This document shows positions 30,510 through 42,372 of a stretch of DNA of 64,000 nucleotides, in pieces; position 1 is the first letter of the stretch; each line of letters starts with the position of its first letter. Below the pieces are notes generated by a model. The model had not been told where the DNA came from, did not search any database, and saw nothing but the letters and a program-made list of their open reading frames with translations. This DNA is from Methanocaldococcus indicus (GTDB lineage Archaea > AGJL01 > Methanococci > Methanococcales > Methanocaldococcaceae), in NCBI RefSeq assembly GCF_049554935.1, contig NZ_CP186926.1, forward strand, positions 448,001 through 512,000. Direction: 5' to 3'. A program made the position numbers and the translations under genes.

Positions 30510-31424
30510 TTATAAGTTCTTTAAGTTCTTTATTATATTTGCCATTGCTATGCAACCATCCCCTACAGCTTTAGCTACTTGCATAACTCCTCCTCTTACA
30601 TCCCCAACTGCATAAACACCATCAATATTAGTTTTACAGTTTTCATCTGTTTTAATATATCCTCTTTTATCTAACTCAATTCCAGAATCTTTCAAAAATT
30701 CTGTATTTGGAATATGCCCCAAGCTTATAAATATTCCATCTGCTTTAACCTCTTTTATTTCTCCATTTACCTCAATCTTTAAACCTTCTGCTTTTTCTTT
30801 TCCTAAAATTTCAATTGGTTTGGCATTATAAATAACTTCTAAATTTTTTATTTCATTTAATTTATCTAACATTATTGGTTCAGCTACTTTAAACTCTGAC
30901 TTATCAGTTATTAATATTATCTTTCTTGCAATATCTTTTAGGTTAATAGCACTCATTACTGCTGATGTATCTCTTCCATAAACTATAACATCCTTATTCA
31001 AATAAAAGAAGGCATCACACATTGTGCAATAACTTACACCTTTCCCAATAAATTTATCTTCACCAATATTTAATGTCTTTGGTCTTGTTCCAGTAGCTAT
31101 AACTATTGTTTTTGTTTCATAAGTATTTTTATTAGTTATTACTTTGTAAGGTTTTTCTTTGACATCAATTTTTATAACCTCCTCATAAATGATAGGTAGT
31201 TTAAAATGTTCAGCATGCTCTTTAAATTTCTGAGCTAATTCATAACCCCTTATACTAACAAATCCAGGATAATTTTCAACTAAACCAGCCTCAGCAATTC
31301 TGCCTCCAGCATTTTCTTTTTCAATACATAAAGCTTTTAGTTTTCCTCTCATTGCATATATTCCAGCAGTTAAACCTCCTGGGCCAGCACCTATAATAAT
31401 AGTGTCATACACAACAATCACCAA
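30510..31424 (-). CDS. trxB: Thioredoxin reductase, probably F420-dependent (DFTR) type
   Basis: [15 protein letters not shown]; NADPH-binding GGGDSA replaced by GRDTSA as in Methanococcales DFTR. Confidence 0.85.
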   Translation of the reverse strand: MVIVVYDTIIIGAGPGGLTAGIYAMRGKLKALCIEKENAGGRIAEAGLVENYPGFVSIRGYELAQKFKEHAEHFKLPIIYEEVIKIDVKEKPYKVITNKNTYETKTIVIATGTRPKTLNIGEDKFIGKGVSYCTMCDAFFYLNKDVIVYGRDTSAVMSAINLKDIARKIILITDKSEFKVAEPIMLDKLNEIKNLEVIYNAKPIEILGKEKAEGLKIEVNGEIKEVKADGIFISLGHIPNTEFLKDSGIELDKRGYIKTDENCKTNIDGVYAVGDVRGGVMQVAKAVGDGCIAMANIIKNLKNL

Positions 31425-32298
31425 AAACTTCTTTTATTAAAGATTCTATATACTCTCTATTATATAGGTTGGTTATCCATCTTTTTGGAATATCTTCATA
31501 ATAAGCTCCTGCAATTGCTCCATACATTGATGCTAAACTATCTGTATCTCCTCCAGCATTTATACATTTAAGCATTCCTTCCTTAAAATTGTCAGTTAAT
31601 AGATATGTTGCAATTGCAGAGGGAACAACTTCCTTAGCTAAAACCCCAGTGCCAAAGTAGTTATATGCATCATCAACATCTTCAAAATTTTTAATTTCTA
31701 AGATTCTTTTAGCTATCTCTTTATCAATATCTTTTATATATGTATAGCATTCATCTAAAAGTTTCAAATTCTTCTCATCATTTAAAGCTTTATATACAAA
31801 AAACCCAATAGCCAAAGCTCCTGCAATTGCCTTAGGATTGTTGTGTGTTATTTTTGATGATTTTATAATTTCTCTCTTAATTATTTTCAAATCTTTATAG
31901 TAAAGAGGGATAGGATAGATTCTCATAGCAGCTCCACAACTTTCACCATCAACACCTGAAAAGTCATTATTTTTTAGCTTTTCAATTGCTTTTAATGTTG
32001 TTAGCCCAATATCTGGAGGATTTTTTTCAGCCCATTCAATTAAATATTTAGCAAATTTTCCAATATTGACTCCTTCTTTTTCTAAACTCTTCATTAAAGC
32101 AATTGCTTGCTCAGTATCATCTGTCCATTGTCCTTTTTTTAGCTTTCCTTTTAAATAATTCTTTGGTTCAACATAATCATCAACATATCCATACAACTCT
32201 TTTATTTCCTCTTTTCTTAAATTTTCAGTTGGCATTCCTAATGCATCTCCTACAACAGCTCCAAACACTGAATAATAAATTTTATTCATTAAACTCAC
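31405..32298 (-). CDS. ADP-ribosylglycohydrolase (DraG/ARH family)
   Basis: GDALG, WTDDTEQ, DIG, GAAMR, THN, GGDTDS. Confidence 0.9.
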   Translation of the reverse strand: MSLMNKIYYSVFGAVVGDALGMPTENLRKEEIKELYGYVDDYVEPKNYLKGKLKKGQWTDDTEQAIALMKSLEKEGVNIGKFAKYLIEWAEKNPPDIGLTTLKAIEKLKNNDFSGVDGESCGAAMRIYPIPLYYKDLKIIKREIIKSSKITHNNPKAIAGALAIGFFVYKALNDEKNLKLLDECYTYIKDIDKEIAKRILEIKNFEDVDDAYNYFGTGVLAKEVVPSAIATYLLTDNFKEGMLKCINAGGDTDSLASMYGAIAGAYYEDIPKRWITNLYNREYIESLIKEVFGDCCV

Positions 32299-32310
32299 CT
32301 AATCCAATCC

Positions 32311-32382
32311 AGGAAGGAAATTTCCTTCCTAAATAACCGTTATATACCTAATTAGGAATTAGGACGTAGGTAAAATAGTTCC
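32311..32382. promoter_or_regulatory. NrpR operators in the draG-like/amtB divergent promoter
   Basis: Perfect palindrome AGGAAGGAAATTTCCTTCCT (two overlapping GGAA-N6-TTCC) at 32311-32330; TTATATA at about 32340; GGTA-AAATAG-TTCC at 32369-32382. Confidence 0.8.
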
Positions 32383-32398
32383 TATGGGTGGTTATGTT

Positions 32399-33550
32399 AT
32401 GAAAGGGATAGATGTATTTTTCTTTTTATGGGCAGCATCATTAATATTCTTTATGAAGGCAGGATTTATAGCATTAGAAATAGGACAATTTAGAGCTAAG
32501 AATGTTGCATATCATTGTGTTTTAAAATTGTTGGATTTAGCTGCTGTTTTTATTGCCTATCTTTTTATTGGTTATGGTATTTCCTATGGTTTTGAATATA
32601 TATATCCACTTATAACAGGTAATTTTGATGCTGAGTTAGGGGCTTGGTGGATGAAGATGGTTATGTTTGCAGCTGCAGCTGTAACAATTATAACTGGTGG
32701 TGTAGCTGAAAGAATAAAAATATTACCTTACTTTATTGGTGCTTTAATTGTAGGTGGTATTTTATATCCTATTGTTGAACATTTGGCATGGGGAGGAGGA
32801 TTTGCAAGTTTAGGAATTAATTACCATGATTTTGCTGGAAGTGGAGTAGTTCATTTATTTGGAGGGTTAGTAGGATTGATGGCTGCTTATGTTTTAGGTC
32901 CAAGAATTGGAAAGTATATAGATGGAAAACCAAGAGCAATTCCAGGACATAATATACCAATAGCAGTTTTAGGAGCATTTATATTGGCTTTTGGATGGTA
33001 TGGATTTAATATAGGAAGTGCTTCAGCTGTGGGAGATGGTTTAGAGTTAGTAAGTGTAGCAATAGCAACCACAATGGCATTAGCTGGAGGAATTATTGGA
33101 GGTGCTTTAAGCTCAAAAAATGACCCTCTCTATACTGCTAATGGTATGTGTGCTGGATTAGTAGCTGTATGTAGTGGAGTTGATTTATTCACACCTATTG
33201 GAGCATTTATAGTAGGATTAATAGCAGGATTTCAACAACCATTTACATTTAAATTTATTGAAGAAAAATTAAAGATTGATGATGTTTGTGCTATTGGTCC
33301 TGTTCATGCTATGAGTGGTTTTATTGGTGTTGTATTAGCTGGAGTTCCATTTTTATTGAAGAATGCAAATGAAGTTTCATTAATTGGGCAAATAATAGGA
33401 GCAATAGTTATAGCATTAGTTGCAATTGTTGGAGGGTTAATTATTTATAAAGGTTTAGATATTATAATGGGGTTAAGAGTTGATAAAAAATCTGAAGAAG
33501 AAGGGTTGGATATTGCAATCTTACAAACTTCTGCCTATTCCAATGAATAA
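32399..33550 (+). CDS. amtB: Ammonium transporter
   Basis: MKAGF, GGVAER, HDFAGSGVVH, GWYGFN, IDDV..GPVH. Confidence 0.95.
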   Translation: MKGIDVFFFLWAASLIFFMKAGFIALEIGQFRAKNVAYHCVLKLLDLAAVFIAYLFIGYGISYGFEYIYPLITGNFDAELGAWWMKMVMFAAAAVTIITGGVAERIKILPYFIGALIVGGILYPIVEHLAWGGGFASLGINYHDFAGSGVVHLFGGLVGLMAAYVLGPRIGKYIDGKPRAIPGHNIPIAVLGAFILAFGWYGFNIGSASAVGDGLELVSVAIATTMALAGGIIGGALSSKNDPLYTANGMCAGLVAVCSGVDLFTPIGAFIVGLIAGFQQPFTFKFIEEKLKIDDVCAIGPVHAMSGFIGVVLAGVPFLLKNANEVSLIGQIIGAIVIALVAIVGGLIIYKGLDIIMGLRVDKKSEEEGLDIAILQTSAYSNE

Positions 33551-33568
33551 TTTTATTTTTGTGAGACT

Positions 33569-34813
33569 ATGGAACTGATATTAGGCATATTCTATTTAGG
33601 GGTTACATTAGTTTTTGGAGCATTAGTAGCTAAGTTGGCTGAAAAATTTGATATTCCAGATATTCCATTATTACTTTTAGTTGGAGTATTAATTGGTCCA
33701 ATTCTTCATATTATGCCCACTAAATCAGCAATGGACATTTTTGATATTGTTGGTCCAATTGGGCTAATTTTTATATTGTTAGGTGGAGCTTTCACTATGA
33801 GGATGTCTATTTTAAAAAATGTTATGGGTCCTGTTATTAGGTTAGATACTATTGCATTGGTTATTACTTTATTAATTACTGGCTTAGCTTTTAATCTTAT
33901 AGCTGGTTTGGATATCTACAATCCAGCAGGATATCTTATTGGAGCTATATTATGTGCAACTGACCCAGCTACATTAATTCCTGTCTTTTCCAAGGTAAAA
34001 ATAAATCCTGAAATAGCAATAACATTAGAAGCAGAAAGTATATTCAATGACCCTCTTGGAATAGTTGCAACAACTCTTGTTTTAGCAACATTAGGATTAG
34101 GAAAATCTGTAAATCCAATAATTGATTTAATTTCTTTAGCTGGAGGAGCAATTATAGTTGGATATATTGCAGCAAAAATATTCAAATGGGTAATTACAAG
34201 AGCTAAATTCTACGAGTATGTTGCACCTCTTGTATTAGGAGGGGCTATGATTCTATTATATTTAGGTGAATATCTATTCCCAAAAATAATAGGTTATGGT
34301 TTTTCAGGATATATGGCCATAGCAATAATGGCATTGATATTGGGAGATGATTTATCAAAAATAGCTGAAGAAAAAGAAGACTATGAATGTATTGTTAAGT
34401 TTTCAGATGTTTTAGCATTATTGTCAAGAATATTTATATTTGTTTTCTTAGGTGCTTGTGTGCAATTAGATGTATTATTCAAGTACTTTGTTCCTGGTTT
34501 AATAGTTGCATTAGTATCTATACTAATAGCAAGACCAATAGGTGTATTTATAGCATTGATAAAAACTAAATTTAATTTTGGAGAAAAGCTGTATATTGCC
34601 TTAGAAGGTCCAAGAGGAGTAGTTCCAGCTGCTTTAACAGTTACAGCTGCTATATTGATATTGAAACATATTGATGTTATATCAAGATTTGTTCCAAATC
34701 CTACTGAATACTCTCATTTAATATTAGTATCTGGTTTCTTAACAATATTAGTTAGTGTTATTTTAGAGGCATCTTGGGCTGGAATTTTAGCTGAGAAGTT
34801 GTTGAAAAAATGA
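33569..34813 (+). CDS. nhaP: CPA1 Na+/H+ antiporter (NhaP1 type)
   Basis: [32 protein letters not shown]. Confidence 0.9.
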   Translation: MELILGIFYLGVTLVFGALVAKLAEKFDIPDIPLLLLVGVLIGPILHIMPTKSAMDIFDIVGPIGLIFILLGGAFTMRMSILKNVMGPVIRLDTIALVITLLITGLAFNLIAGLDIYNPAGYLIGAILCATDPATLIPVFSKVKINPEIAITLEAESIFNDPLGIVATTLVLATLGLGKSVNPIIDLISLAGGAIIVGYIAAKIFKWVITRAKFYEYVAPLVLGGAMILLYLGEYLFPKIIGYGFSGYMAIAIMALILGDDLSKIAEEKEDYECIVKFSDVLALLSRIFIFVFLGACVQLDVLFKYFVPGLIVALVSILIARPIGVFIALIKTKFNFGEKLYIALEGPRGVVPAALTVTAAILILKHIDVISRFVPNPTEYSHLILVSGFLTILVSVILEASWAGILAEKLLKK

Positions 34814-35196
34814 TTATTGAAGGAAAAGTAGTATCTGGATTGGGAGAGGGAAAAAAGTATTTATCCATAAAGAAGTATAAGGAAGATATTAAAAAGTATT
34901 TAGGATTTTATCCTTATGAAGGCACTTTAAATATTCTTTTAAATAATGAAATTGACTTTTCCAATTTTAAATATTTTGAGACAGAGGATTTTACCCACAA
35001 CAATAAAAAATATTATGGAATTAGATTAATTCCAGTTAATATATTAATAAATGATACTAAAATTTCTGGTGGAATAGTTTTACCAAAAAAAACAAAACAC
35101 AAAAAAAATATATTAGAAATAATAGCTCCTATAAAGTTAAGAGAGAAATTTAACTTAAAAGATGGTGACACTATAAAAATAGAAGTGAAAAGATGA
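34810..35196 (+). CDS. ribK: CTP-dependent riboflavin kinase
   Basis: [28 protein letters not shown]. Confidence 0.93.
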   Translation: MIIEGKVVSGLGEGKKYLSIKKYKEDIKKYLGFYPYEGTLNILLNNEIDFSNFKYFETEDFTHNNKKYYGIRLIPVNILINDTKISGGIVLPKKTKHKKNILEIIAPIKLREKFNLKDGDTIKIEVKR

Positions 35197-35882
35197 ATAA
35201 CGTAGAGAAAGCTATTAAACATTTAAAAGCTGGAAAGATTGTCTTAGTTTATGATGCTGATGATAGAGAAGGAGAAACTGATATGGTTGTTGCCTCAGAG
35301 TTTATAACTCCTGAACATATAAAAAGGTTAAGAAAAGATGCAGGAGGATTAATTTGTGTAGCTATACATCCAAAGATAGCTGAAAAATTAAGAATTCCTT
35401 ATATGGTTGATATTTATGATGTAGCAAAAGAAAAATTTAGAGTTTTAGAAGAACTCTATCCAAATGATATTCCTTATGATGAAAAATCTTCTTTCTCTAT
35501 ATCCATAAACCATAGAGAGACATTTACAGGAATAACTGACAAAGATAGAGCTTTAACAATTAAAAAACTATCTGAATTGGTTAAAGAAGAAAGATTTAAT
35601 GATTTTGGGAAAGAGTTTAGAAGTCCAGGTCATGTATTCTTATTGAGGGCTGTTGAAGGATTAGTTAAAAATAGGAGAGGTCATACAGAGATGACAGTTG
35701 CATTGGCAGAATTGGCAGGACTTACCCCGATAACAACAATATGTGAAATGATGGGAGATGATGGTTATGCTCTCTCTAAAAATGAAGCTAAAAAATATGC
35801 TGAAAAACATAATTTAGTGTTTTTAGAAGGTGAAGAATTAATAGATTATTATCTATCTCAATCAGATAACTCTTCTAAGTAA
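35193..35882 (+). CDS. ribB: 3,4-dihydroxy-2-butanone 4-phosphate synthase
   Basis: [29 protein letters not shown]. Confidence 0.95.
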   Translation: MNNVEKAIKHLKAGKIVLVYDADDREGETDMVVASEFITPEHIKRLRKDAGGLICVAIHPKIAEKLRIPYMVDIYDVAKEKFRVLEELYPNDIPYDEKSSFSISINHRETFTGITDKDRALTIKKLSELVKEERFNDFGKEFRSPGHVFLLRAVEGLVKNRRGHTEMTVALAELAGLTPITTICEMMGDDGYALSKNEAKKYAEKHNLVFLEGEELIDYYLSQSDNSSK

Positions 35883-36799
35883 TCTTCTAACTTTATACCT
35901 TGATTTTCAATAATATCCATCAATCTTTTAGTTATTATATTTAAACATTCTTCAACTGTCTTGCTTATTTTAATATTTTCAACAACTGGAATACCTTTCT
36001 GCTTAGCTGTTTTTACCATATAATCATTAATTAACCTAATAATTTTAAAGTGTTTTAAATATCTCTCTGTTGGTCTGCTTGAAACTTTACCTCTTGAATA
36101 AAATCTCATTTTGTGTAGTTCCTCATCACTAACAGTTAAAACAATAGGGATAATATATGGATTTTCAAGATATTTATCATCTAACAGAGATGGGACTATG
36201 TGAGTTCCTTCTATAATAACACTTTGCCCCTCTACCAAACATCTATTAATAACTCCTCCTACTCCTGTTAAAACTATCTCACTGTGTCTTTCAAATCCAA
36301 TAATATACTTATTGTCATTTTGGATATTTTCTTTTAAAACTTTCCATGCTGTATAACTTGATTCAAATAAAGTAGGGACTAAATCTCTTGTTATTGTTTT
36401 TCTCATAACTTCTCTTATAGAATCTGTTCCAATAACACTTGGTATTCCTAACCTTGATGCTATCTCAAAGGCAATTGTGGAAGTTCCTACACCACTTGCT
36501 CCTCCAATAAGAATAGCTAATGACATCTTAGATAAAACTATCCTCCACAGTAAGTATCTTTTGGCTATATCTTCAAAACCTTTTGATAGTAGATAGTAAT
36601 ATACTCTTCTTCTTAGCTCATTTTTTTTAATTTCAGTTATATTTTCCTTTTTTAAAATATCATATATTTCCAAAGCCAACCTGTAAGCGACAGATGGTTT
36701 TAATCCAGCAGCTGTTAAGGACCTTGCTAAAATTCCCTTTGAAAATGGGATTTTAACTCTCTTACCAACAACAATTATATCATCATTCAATGTCATCAA
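35858..36799 (-). CDS. pgk2: 2-phosphoglycerate kinase (ATP-cone + P-loop)
   Basis: [37 protein letters not shown]. Confidence 0.88.
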   Translation of the reverse strand: MMTLNDDIIVVGKRVKIPFSKGILARSLTAAGLKPSVAYRLALEIYDILKKENITEIKKNELRRRVYYYLLSKGFEDIAKRYLLWRIVLSKMSLAILIGGASGVGTSTIAFEIASRLGIPSVIGTDSIREVMRKTITRDLVPTLFESSYTAWKVLKENIQNDNKYIIGFERHSEIVLTGVGGVINRCLVEGQSVIIEGTHIVPSLLDDKYLENPYIIPIVLTVSDEELHKMRFYSRGKVSSRPTERYLKHFKIIRLINDYMVKTAKQKGIPVVENIKISKTVEECLNIITKRLMDIIENQGIKLEDYLEELSD

Positions 36800-37397
36800 T
36801 ATCTACCTTCTCAGCATTATAAAGCTCCTTAGCTCTTCTATAAACTTTTAAATCATCCTCATCAGAAACAACAAAATAAATCTTTTCTGGATTAATCTTC
36901 TTTATAAATTTTTCAATGTTCTTTTTAGTTATTTCAATTTTCTTCTTGATTCCTAATAATGCCTTTTCATCTTTGATAATACTCTTATAATCTTCAATAT
37001 CTAAGAATCCATCTGTTGAGACAACATACAACCCTTTATTTTTAAGCTTTCTGAATAATTTTTTACTTGATACAATATATAATGCATTTTTATTTAGTTC
37101 TTTTTTTTCATAATGATAGCCAAAGTTAGATAATAACTTATTCAATGAATTAATACTTTTTATTATCAATTTACAAAATTCTTTTGCTTCATCTTCATTT
37201 AAATAGTGATTAGGGGCTTTTTTATAAAGATAGTCATCTGCCTCTAATAAACTATATATAGCATTTCTAAATTCATTAATGTCTATTTTTCCTGGCTTAG
37301 CATCTTTGTAAGATATTTTCTTTGTCTCTACTCTTTTCATCTTCTTTAACTTTGTTATTGTCTCTATCCCCTTCTTTATTAGTTCCTTTTCTCTCAT
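36783..37397 (-). CDS. Conserved methanogen protein (DUF2100-like)
   Basis: [16 protein letters not shown] motifs; in operon. Confidence 0.65.
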   Translation of the reverse strand: MREKELIKKGIETITKLKKMKRVETKKISYKDAKPGKIDINEFRNAIYSLLEADDYLYKKAPNHYLNEDEAKEFCKLIIKSINSLNKLLSNFGYHYEKKELNKNALYIVSSKKLFRKLKNKGLYVVSTDGFLDIEDYKSIIKDEKALLGIKKKIEITKKNIEKFIKKINPEKIYFVVSDEDDLKVYRRAKELYNAEKVDIDDIE

Positions 37398-38625
37398 TTT
37401 CTAACCTCTCTAACTCTTCAACCAACAATAATAAAAAAGTTCCTACATCTGTAACAACACCAATAGCTTGGGAAGTTCCTCTATCCATCAACTTAGTTAC
37501 AACTGCCTGATTAATATCTACACATATTGTTTTAACCCATGATGGTAATAAATTACCTGTTGCAATTGAATGGAGCATAGTTGAAAGCATAATAACCATA
37601 TCTTTTCCTTTTAATAGTTCTCTCATCTTGTTTTGTGCTTCAACAACGTCAGTTATAACATCTGGTAGAGGACCATCATCCCTAATACTTCCTGCTAATA
37701 CATAAGGAATATTGTTTTTTATAACTTCATACATAATCCCATCTTTTAATAATCCCTCTTCAACTGCCTTTTTTAAAGAACCAGCTCTCATAATTCTATT
37801 TATAGCTCTCAAATGATGACTATGCCCTCCTGGAACTGATTTCCCTGTTTTTAAATCTATTCCCAAAGATGTTCCAAAAAAGGAAACTTCTGCATCATGA
37901 GTAGCCAAAGCATTTCCTGAAAATAGTGCTTGCACATATCCCATTCTTATTAACTTTGCTAATGCATCTCTTGCACCTGTATGCACAACAGCAGGTCCTG
38001 CAACTACAACAATTCCTCCCTTTCCTTCTCTTCTTACTTTTTCTCTAATCTTATACATCTCCTCTGCAATATTTCTTATAATTGTCTTTTTAGGTTTTTC
38101 AGATGATGCCTCAGATTTCATAAACTCAAATAATCCCTGTTCTCTTGGCTTTTCTGGTGGAATAACCCTAATTCCTTTATACCCTACAACTACCAAATCT
38201 CCTTTTTTTATCTGTCTAATTGTTTTTACTTCTACCCTCATCTCTTCTGGATAGACAACAATAGCTCCATCCATTTTTTGGTTTTCAACTTCTATCCATT
38301 GTCCTCTAAATCTAATAAATGTCTTATGATTTGTTGTAGAGTAAAAATTTTCTGGTAAGACCCAATCTCTCTCAGCAGGTTGTAGTTCAACCTCCTCTAT
38401 TTCAGGAATTTCAGCACCAAGTTCTCTTAATTCATTTAGAATAGTGTCTAAATGTTGTTCATCTTTTCCTATAACTAATATTTTTGCATAACTTGGGTCT
38501 ATCTTTCTCTTACCAATTTCAAACTCTAAAACTTTATAATCTCCTCCTAATTCTAAGATTTTATCAAAAACTTTTGGTAAAATTAAACTATCAATAATAT
38601 GTCCTCTTAGCTCAATCTCTCTCAT
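37297..38625 (-). CDS. TIGR00300/LOR-SDH-like protein (archaeal ornithine cyclodeaminase family)
   Basis: [45 protein letters not shown]. Confidence 0.8.
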   Translation of the reverse strand: MREIELRGHIIDSLILPKVFDKILELGGDYKVLEFEIGKRKIDPSYAKILVIGKDEQHLDTILNELRELGAEIPEIEEVELQPAERDWVLPENFYSTTNHKTFIRFRGQWIEVENQKMDGAIVVYPEEMRVEVKTIRQIKKGDLVVVGYKGIRVIPPEKPREQGLFEFMKSEASSEKPKKTIIRNIAEEMYKIREKVRREGKGGIVVVAGPAVVHTGARDALAKLIRMGYVQALFSGNALATHDAEVSFFGTSLGIDLKTGKSVPGGHSHHLRAINRIMRAGSLKKAVEEGLLKDGIMYEVIKNNIPYVLAGSIRDDGPLPDVITDVVEAQNKMRELLKGKDMVIMLSTMLHSIATGNLLPSWVKTICVDINQAVVTKLMDRGTSQAIGVVTDVGTFLLLLVEELERLENERKGTNKEGDRDNNKVKEDEKSRDKENILQRC

Positions 38626-38644
38626 AAACATTTAAAATCCCTCA

Positions 38645-39532
38645 TCACAAGTATTTTTTAAGAATTACATTATCTCCAACATTAACTCCTAAATTGTTTG
38701 CTACTGGCTTACATTTAGCTTTTAAAATAAAATAGACCTTTTTATTTATCTTATATTCTGGGAGAGATTCATAATTACCCATACCTTTAGCAATAATAAT
38801 GTCTGAATCATTCAGATGTTTTTTAAATTCCTCTGAACATTCCTCTAATAAAATTCCAATAACATCAGAGCCAGTTGTAATTATTTTAGCTACTTCATCT
38901 ATTTTAGCTACTTTAGCATCTTCTAATGTAGCATCATTTAGAATAGGTTTTCCTTTAACTACTACTACAACTTCTTTATTGTATTTTTTAAATTCTTCCA
39001 TTAATAACTTATCAAAAACTATCTCCCCAGCATTATCACAAATATATAAAATTTTTTTAATTTTATCATTTTTTAAATCCTCTAATAAATCTCTTGTATA
39101 GTCAATTTTTAAATCTTCATTTAAAGTTTTAAATATTAAATTCTCAATATCTACATCAGTACTGTATGCTCCATAATCAATAACATTTCCTGCTATTGTT
39201 GAAAGTATAATTTTTCTTAATCTTAAATAACTATCCTCTAAATTACACTCTTCCTTAACAATATCATAATATTTTAAAGCTATTTTGTTGGCTATCTCTT
39301 TCAATCTTTTGTAAGGGTCTTCACATCCACTTATCTCTTTTAGATACCTATGAACTCTTGTCCCCATCTCAGCAGGAATTATATTTTTGTGATAATATTT
39401 TTTTATTACATCAAAACAGTTATTTACTAATTTAAATTGTTCATCTTCATTGTCAGTTATCTCTTTTACTGCATCAACTACTTGTCTAACTATGCAAATA
39501 GCACATTCTGGTTTTATATACAAATCTTTCAC
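38645..39532 (-). CDS. Damage-control phosphatase (DUF89/ARMT1 family)
   Basis: ECAIC, DPY, AGNVID, DNAGEIVFD, KGMGNYESL, KAKC. Confidence 0.88.
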   Translation of the reverse strand: MKDLYIKPECAICIVRQVVDAVKEITDNEDEQFKLVNNCFDVIKKYYHKNIIPAEMGTRVHRYLKEISGCEDPYKRLKEIANKIALKYYDIVKEECNLEDSYLRLRKIILSTIAGNVIDYGAYSTDVDIENLIFKTLNEDLKIDYTRDLLEDLKNDKIKKILYICDNAGEIVFDKLLMEEFKKYNKEVVVVVKGKPILNDATLEDAKVAKIDEVAKIITTGSDVIGILLEECSEEFKKHLNDSDIIIAKGMGNYESLPEYKINKKVYFILKAKCKPVANNLGVNVGDNVILKKYL

Positions 39533-39535
39533 CTT

Positions 39536-40000
39536 CTAAAATATTTTTTTTCCTAACACTATTGGGAGTATTGCTAAGGAATGTTTAATTAACCTACTAA
39601 TAAATACTGCTAACATGTATTTAGGAAATGGCATTTCAAAACTTGCACAGACCCAACATATTACCTCAAAGGGAATAGGTGTAAAGCTTGCTATAACAAC
39701 TCCTAAAACACCATACTTTTCTAAAAATTTTCTACCTTTAATTATTTTTTCTTTATCAAAAAGTTTATACATTAATTTTTCTCCATACCTAACTGCTAAA
39801 AAGTAAGTTACACATGCTCCCAAATTACTTGCTACTGTTGATACAATTATTGCCAATCTCCAATCTAAACCTAACAAAACTCCTGTAGCTAAAAAAATCT
39901 CTACTGGAAAAGGTTGAAATATAGGTTCAGAAAATCCAATAATAAATATTCCAATATATCCATATTCTTTAACCAAATTTATAAAAAATTCTTTTAGCAT
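39536..40000 (-). CDS. YqaA/DedA (VTT) family membrane protein
   Basis: SEPIFQPFPVE, ASFTPIPF, SRLIKH. Confidence 0.8.
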   Translation of the reverse strand: MLKEFFINLVKEYGYIGIFIIGFSEPIFQPFPVEIFLATGVLLGLDWRLAIIVSTVASNLGACVTYFLAVRYGEKLMYKLFDKEKIIKGRKFLEKYGVLGVVIASFTPIPFEVICWVCASFEMPFPKYMLAVFISRLIKHSLAILPIVLGKKIF

Positions 40001-40054
40001 TTAATATCCCAATTAGGTAAATAATTAAATAATAAATATTTATTAGGTAATATC

Positions 40055-41428
40055 ATGTTGTTCTTATTAGGAGGAATTTTAGAGCTTTTGGGGTATATAA
40101 CACTCTTACCATCATTAGTTGGAATAATATATAATGAATATTACTGTTCAATAATATTTATTATTTTGGGAATTTTTACAATATTTTTAGGAAAAATACT
40201 AAAAAAGTTCAAAACCAAAAAAAAGATAACACTAAAAAATGCTATGATTGTATCTGCTTTATCTTGGTTGATAGCTTCACTAATTGGTGGAATTCCATTT
40301 TATCTATTACTACATAATTTTGGATATATTGATGGTGTTTATGAAAGTATGTCTGCATGGACTACAACTGGAATGACTTTAATATCCAATGTTAATGTTG
40401 TTCCAAAAACAATTTTATTTTGGAGAAGTTTAGAGCAGTGGATTGGTGGAGTTGGGATATTAGTATTTTTTTCATTAATTGCAGGTAATTTAGCAAATAT
40501 TTTATATGTTTCTGAGGCAAGGCAGGAGAAGATATTGCCAAGTTCCATAAATACAGTAAAAGCTATTGTAAAGATATATGTGCTATATACTGTTGTTGGA
40601 ATCTTGCTTTTGTTTTTCTCAGGATTGAGTTTATTTGATGCAATAAATTTAACCTTTACTGGAATATCTACTGGGGGGATGAGTGTTAGTAATTATAGTT
40701 TCCCATACAATGATTTAGCTAAGATAGTTATGATATTTATAATGCTTGTTGGTGGAGTTATCTCATTTAATGTTCATTATAAATTATTAACAGGAAAATG
40801 TTGTAATGATTTACAGCTTAAATATGCTATGATTGTTATCTTCATAGTCTCATTAATTATCTATTTCCATGACCATGTAGATTTTTTAGATTCTTTGTTT
40901 TTAGTTACTTCTGCTTTAACATCAACTGGATTTACAACTTTCAATATATCAACACTCTCTAACTTTTCCCTATATTTGTTAGTTTTTGTTATGTTAATTG
41001 GAGGAACAACTAACACAACAACTGGAGGGGTAAAAATTATTAGATTTTTAGTTATTTTAAAGACAGTTTATTATGAAATAAAAAAACATTTCTATCCAAA
41101 ATCAGCAGTTTTTTATGAAAAATTGGGAAATGAAGAGCTAAAAATAGAAAGTATAAGAGAAGCTTTTACTATGTTTATATTATATTTGGGCACTTCCTTT
41201 ATAATTTCATTATATCTAATATATGCTGGAATTAATCCATTATGTGCCATTTTTGATGGAGTTTCTTTTGTTTCAAATATTGGACTATCCTTAGGAGCTG
41301 TAAATTTAAATTCTCCTATCTTAGCAAAAATTTTAGGTATTTTTGGTATGTGGGCAGGAAGATTAGAATTTTTCCCAGTGTTAATATTAGTAGTAGAGTT
41401 AATAAGAATTATTTATAAAAAACTTTGA
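40055..41428 (+). CDS. trkH: TrkH-family potassium uptake protein
   Basis: ESMSAWTTTG, QWIGGVG, STGG, TSTGF, TTGGVK, SNIG, WAGRLE pore loops. Confidence 0.9.
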   Translation: MLFLLGGILELLGYITLLPSLVGIIYNEYYCSIIFIILGIFTIFLGKILKKFKTKKKITLKNAMIVSALSWLIASLIGGIPFYLLLHNFGYIDGVYESMSAWTTTGMTLISNVNVVPKTILFWRSLEQWIGGVGILVFFSLIAGNLANILYVSEARQEKILPSSINTVKAIVKIYVLYTVVGILLLFFSGLSLFDAINLTFTGISTGGMSVSNYSFPYNDLAKIVMIFIMLVGGVISFNVHYKLLTGKCCNDLQLKYAMIVIFIVSLIIYFHDHVDFLDSLFLVTSALTSTGFTTFNISTLSNFSLYLLVFVMLIGGTTNTTTGGVKIIRFLVILKTVYYEIKKHFYPKSAVFYEKLGNEELKIESIREAFTMFILYLGTSFIISLYLIYAGINPLCAIFDGVSFVSNIGLSLGAVNLNSPILAKILGIFGMWAGRLEFFPVLILVVELIRIIYKKL

Positions 41429-41459
41429 AAGGTTGTCAAAAAATTATAATAGTATTATG

Positions 41460-41674
41460 TTGATTTAATTGTTTGTATCCCGATTAAAATTCCAACCAAA
41501 CAGTAATCTACCAAGTCATCCGAATTGGCTATACCTAAAGTATTTTAAATTATTAACGAATAATTCTTTAAGTGCTGGTAGTATGGTTTAATCACCGTTT
41601 TTTAATAAGGTATTTAAATCGATACTATTTTATTGTTTTAGTTTATAATTGATAATGAGAATTCATACTATCTT
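41460..41674 (-). mobile_element. Left-end remnant of the DDE element at 42220-44139
   Basis: Reverse complement aligns with 42220-42372 + 43085-43145 (GATAGTATGAATTCTCATTATC...CAATTCGGATGACTTGGTAGATTACTG). Confidence 0.8.
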
Positions 41675-41703
41675 ATAAGTAATGAGAAAATAGAGGGGTT
41701 GTT

Positions 41704-41823
41704 ATGGTGATTAACAACTTTTACATTGGATTTGTTAGCTTAGCAATTTTTATTTTTGGAATTACACTTATGTTTTATCTTTGGGCGGTTAAGTTTGATA
41801 AAAAGTATTTTGCTAAGTTCTAA
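41704..41823 (+). CDS. 39-aa single-TM membrane peptide MVINNFYIGFVSLAIFIFGITLMFYLWAVKFDKKYFAKF
   Basis: Read manually; GAGGGG RBS; one hydrophobic helix and basic tail. Confidence 0.55.
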   Translation: MVINNFYIGFVSLAIFIFGITLMFYLWAVKFDKKYFAKF

Positions 41824-41877
41824 ATTCCCATTGTGTTATACTTTTTTTATGATGTGATTATGTATCAGGTGAAAAAA

Positions 41878-42131
41878 ATGAAGATAGAGGATTATATTGA
41901 AAACTTACAAATTACAAAAAATGAAATAGGATTTTACAAATGTCCATTTGTGATTACACAAATGCTGATATTAAGACAGTAAAAAAGCACATAAAAAGAG
42001 TTGAAAAGTTGAACAAACAAAAGAAAAAGTCCCTAAAGAAGCAGATTAAAAAACCACAGAAAAAAGATAATTACAAGAATTATATGTTGTTATTTGCACA
42101 TATTGTTGCTTTGATACCGTTGGAAGAATAA
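41878..42131 (+). pseudogene. Frameshifted C2H2-type zinc-finger protein
   Basis: GGTGA RBS; MKIEDYIENLQITKNEIGFYKCPF then 1-nt loss in T-run, continuing CDYTNADIKTVKKHIK. Confidence 0.65.
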
Positions 42132-42372
42132 ACCTATGGAGAGAGTTGCTGCTATTGAGTTAATAAAATTACTATTTGTAGTTAAATAAATATTCCTACT
42201 GGTTGTAAAATTTTTTAGACTGATAGTGTGAATTCTCATTATCGATTTTAAAACCAAAAAAATAAAATAGTATAGTTCTAAATATTTCATCAAAAAACGG
42301 TGAAACATCTATGCTAACCACACTTAAAGAATTACTCGTTAATGGTTTAAATACTTTAGGTATAGTCAATTC

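Noticed and set aside
37297-37397. 101-bp overlap between the TIGR00300 gene and the DUF2100-like gene
   Set aside because: Most simply a lost stop giving a low-complexity tail; no sign of function
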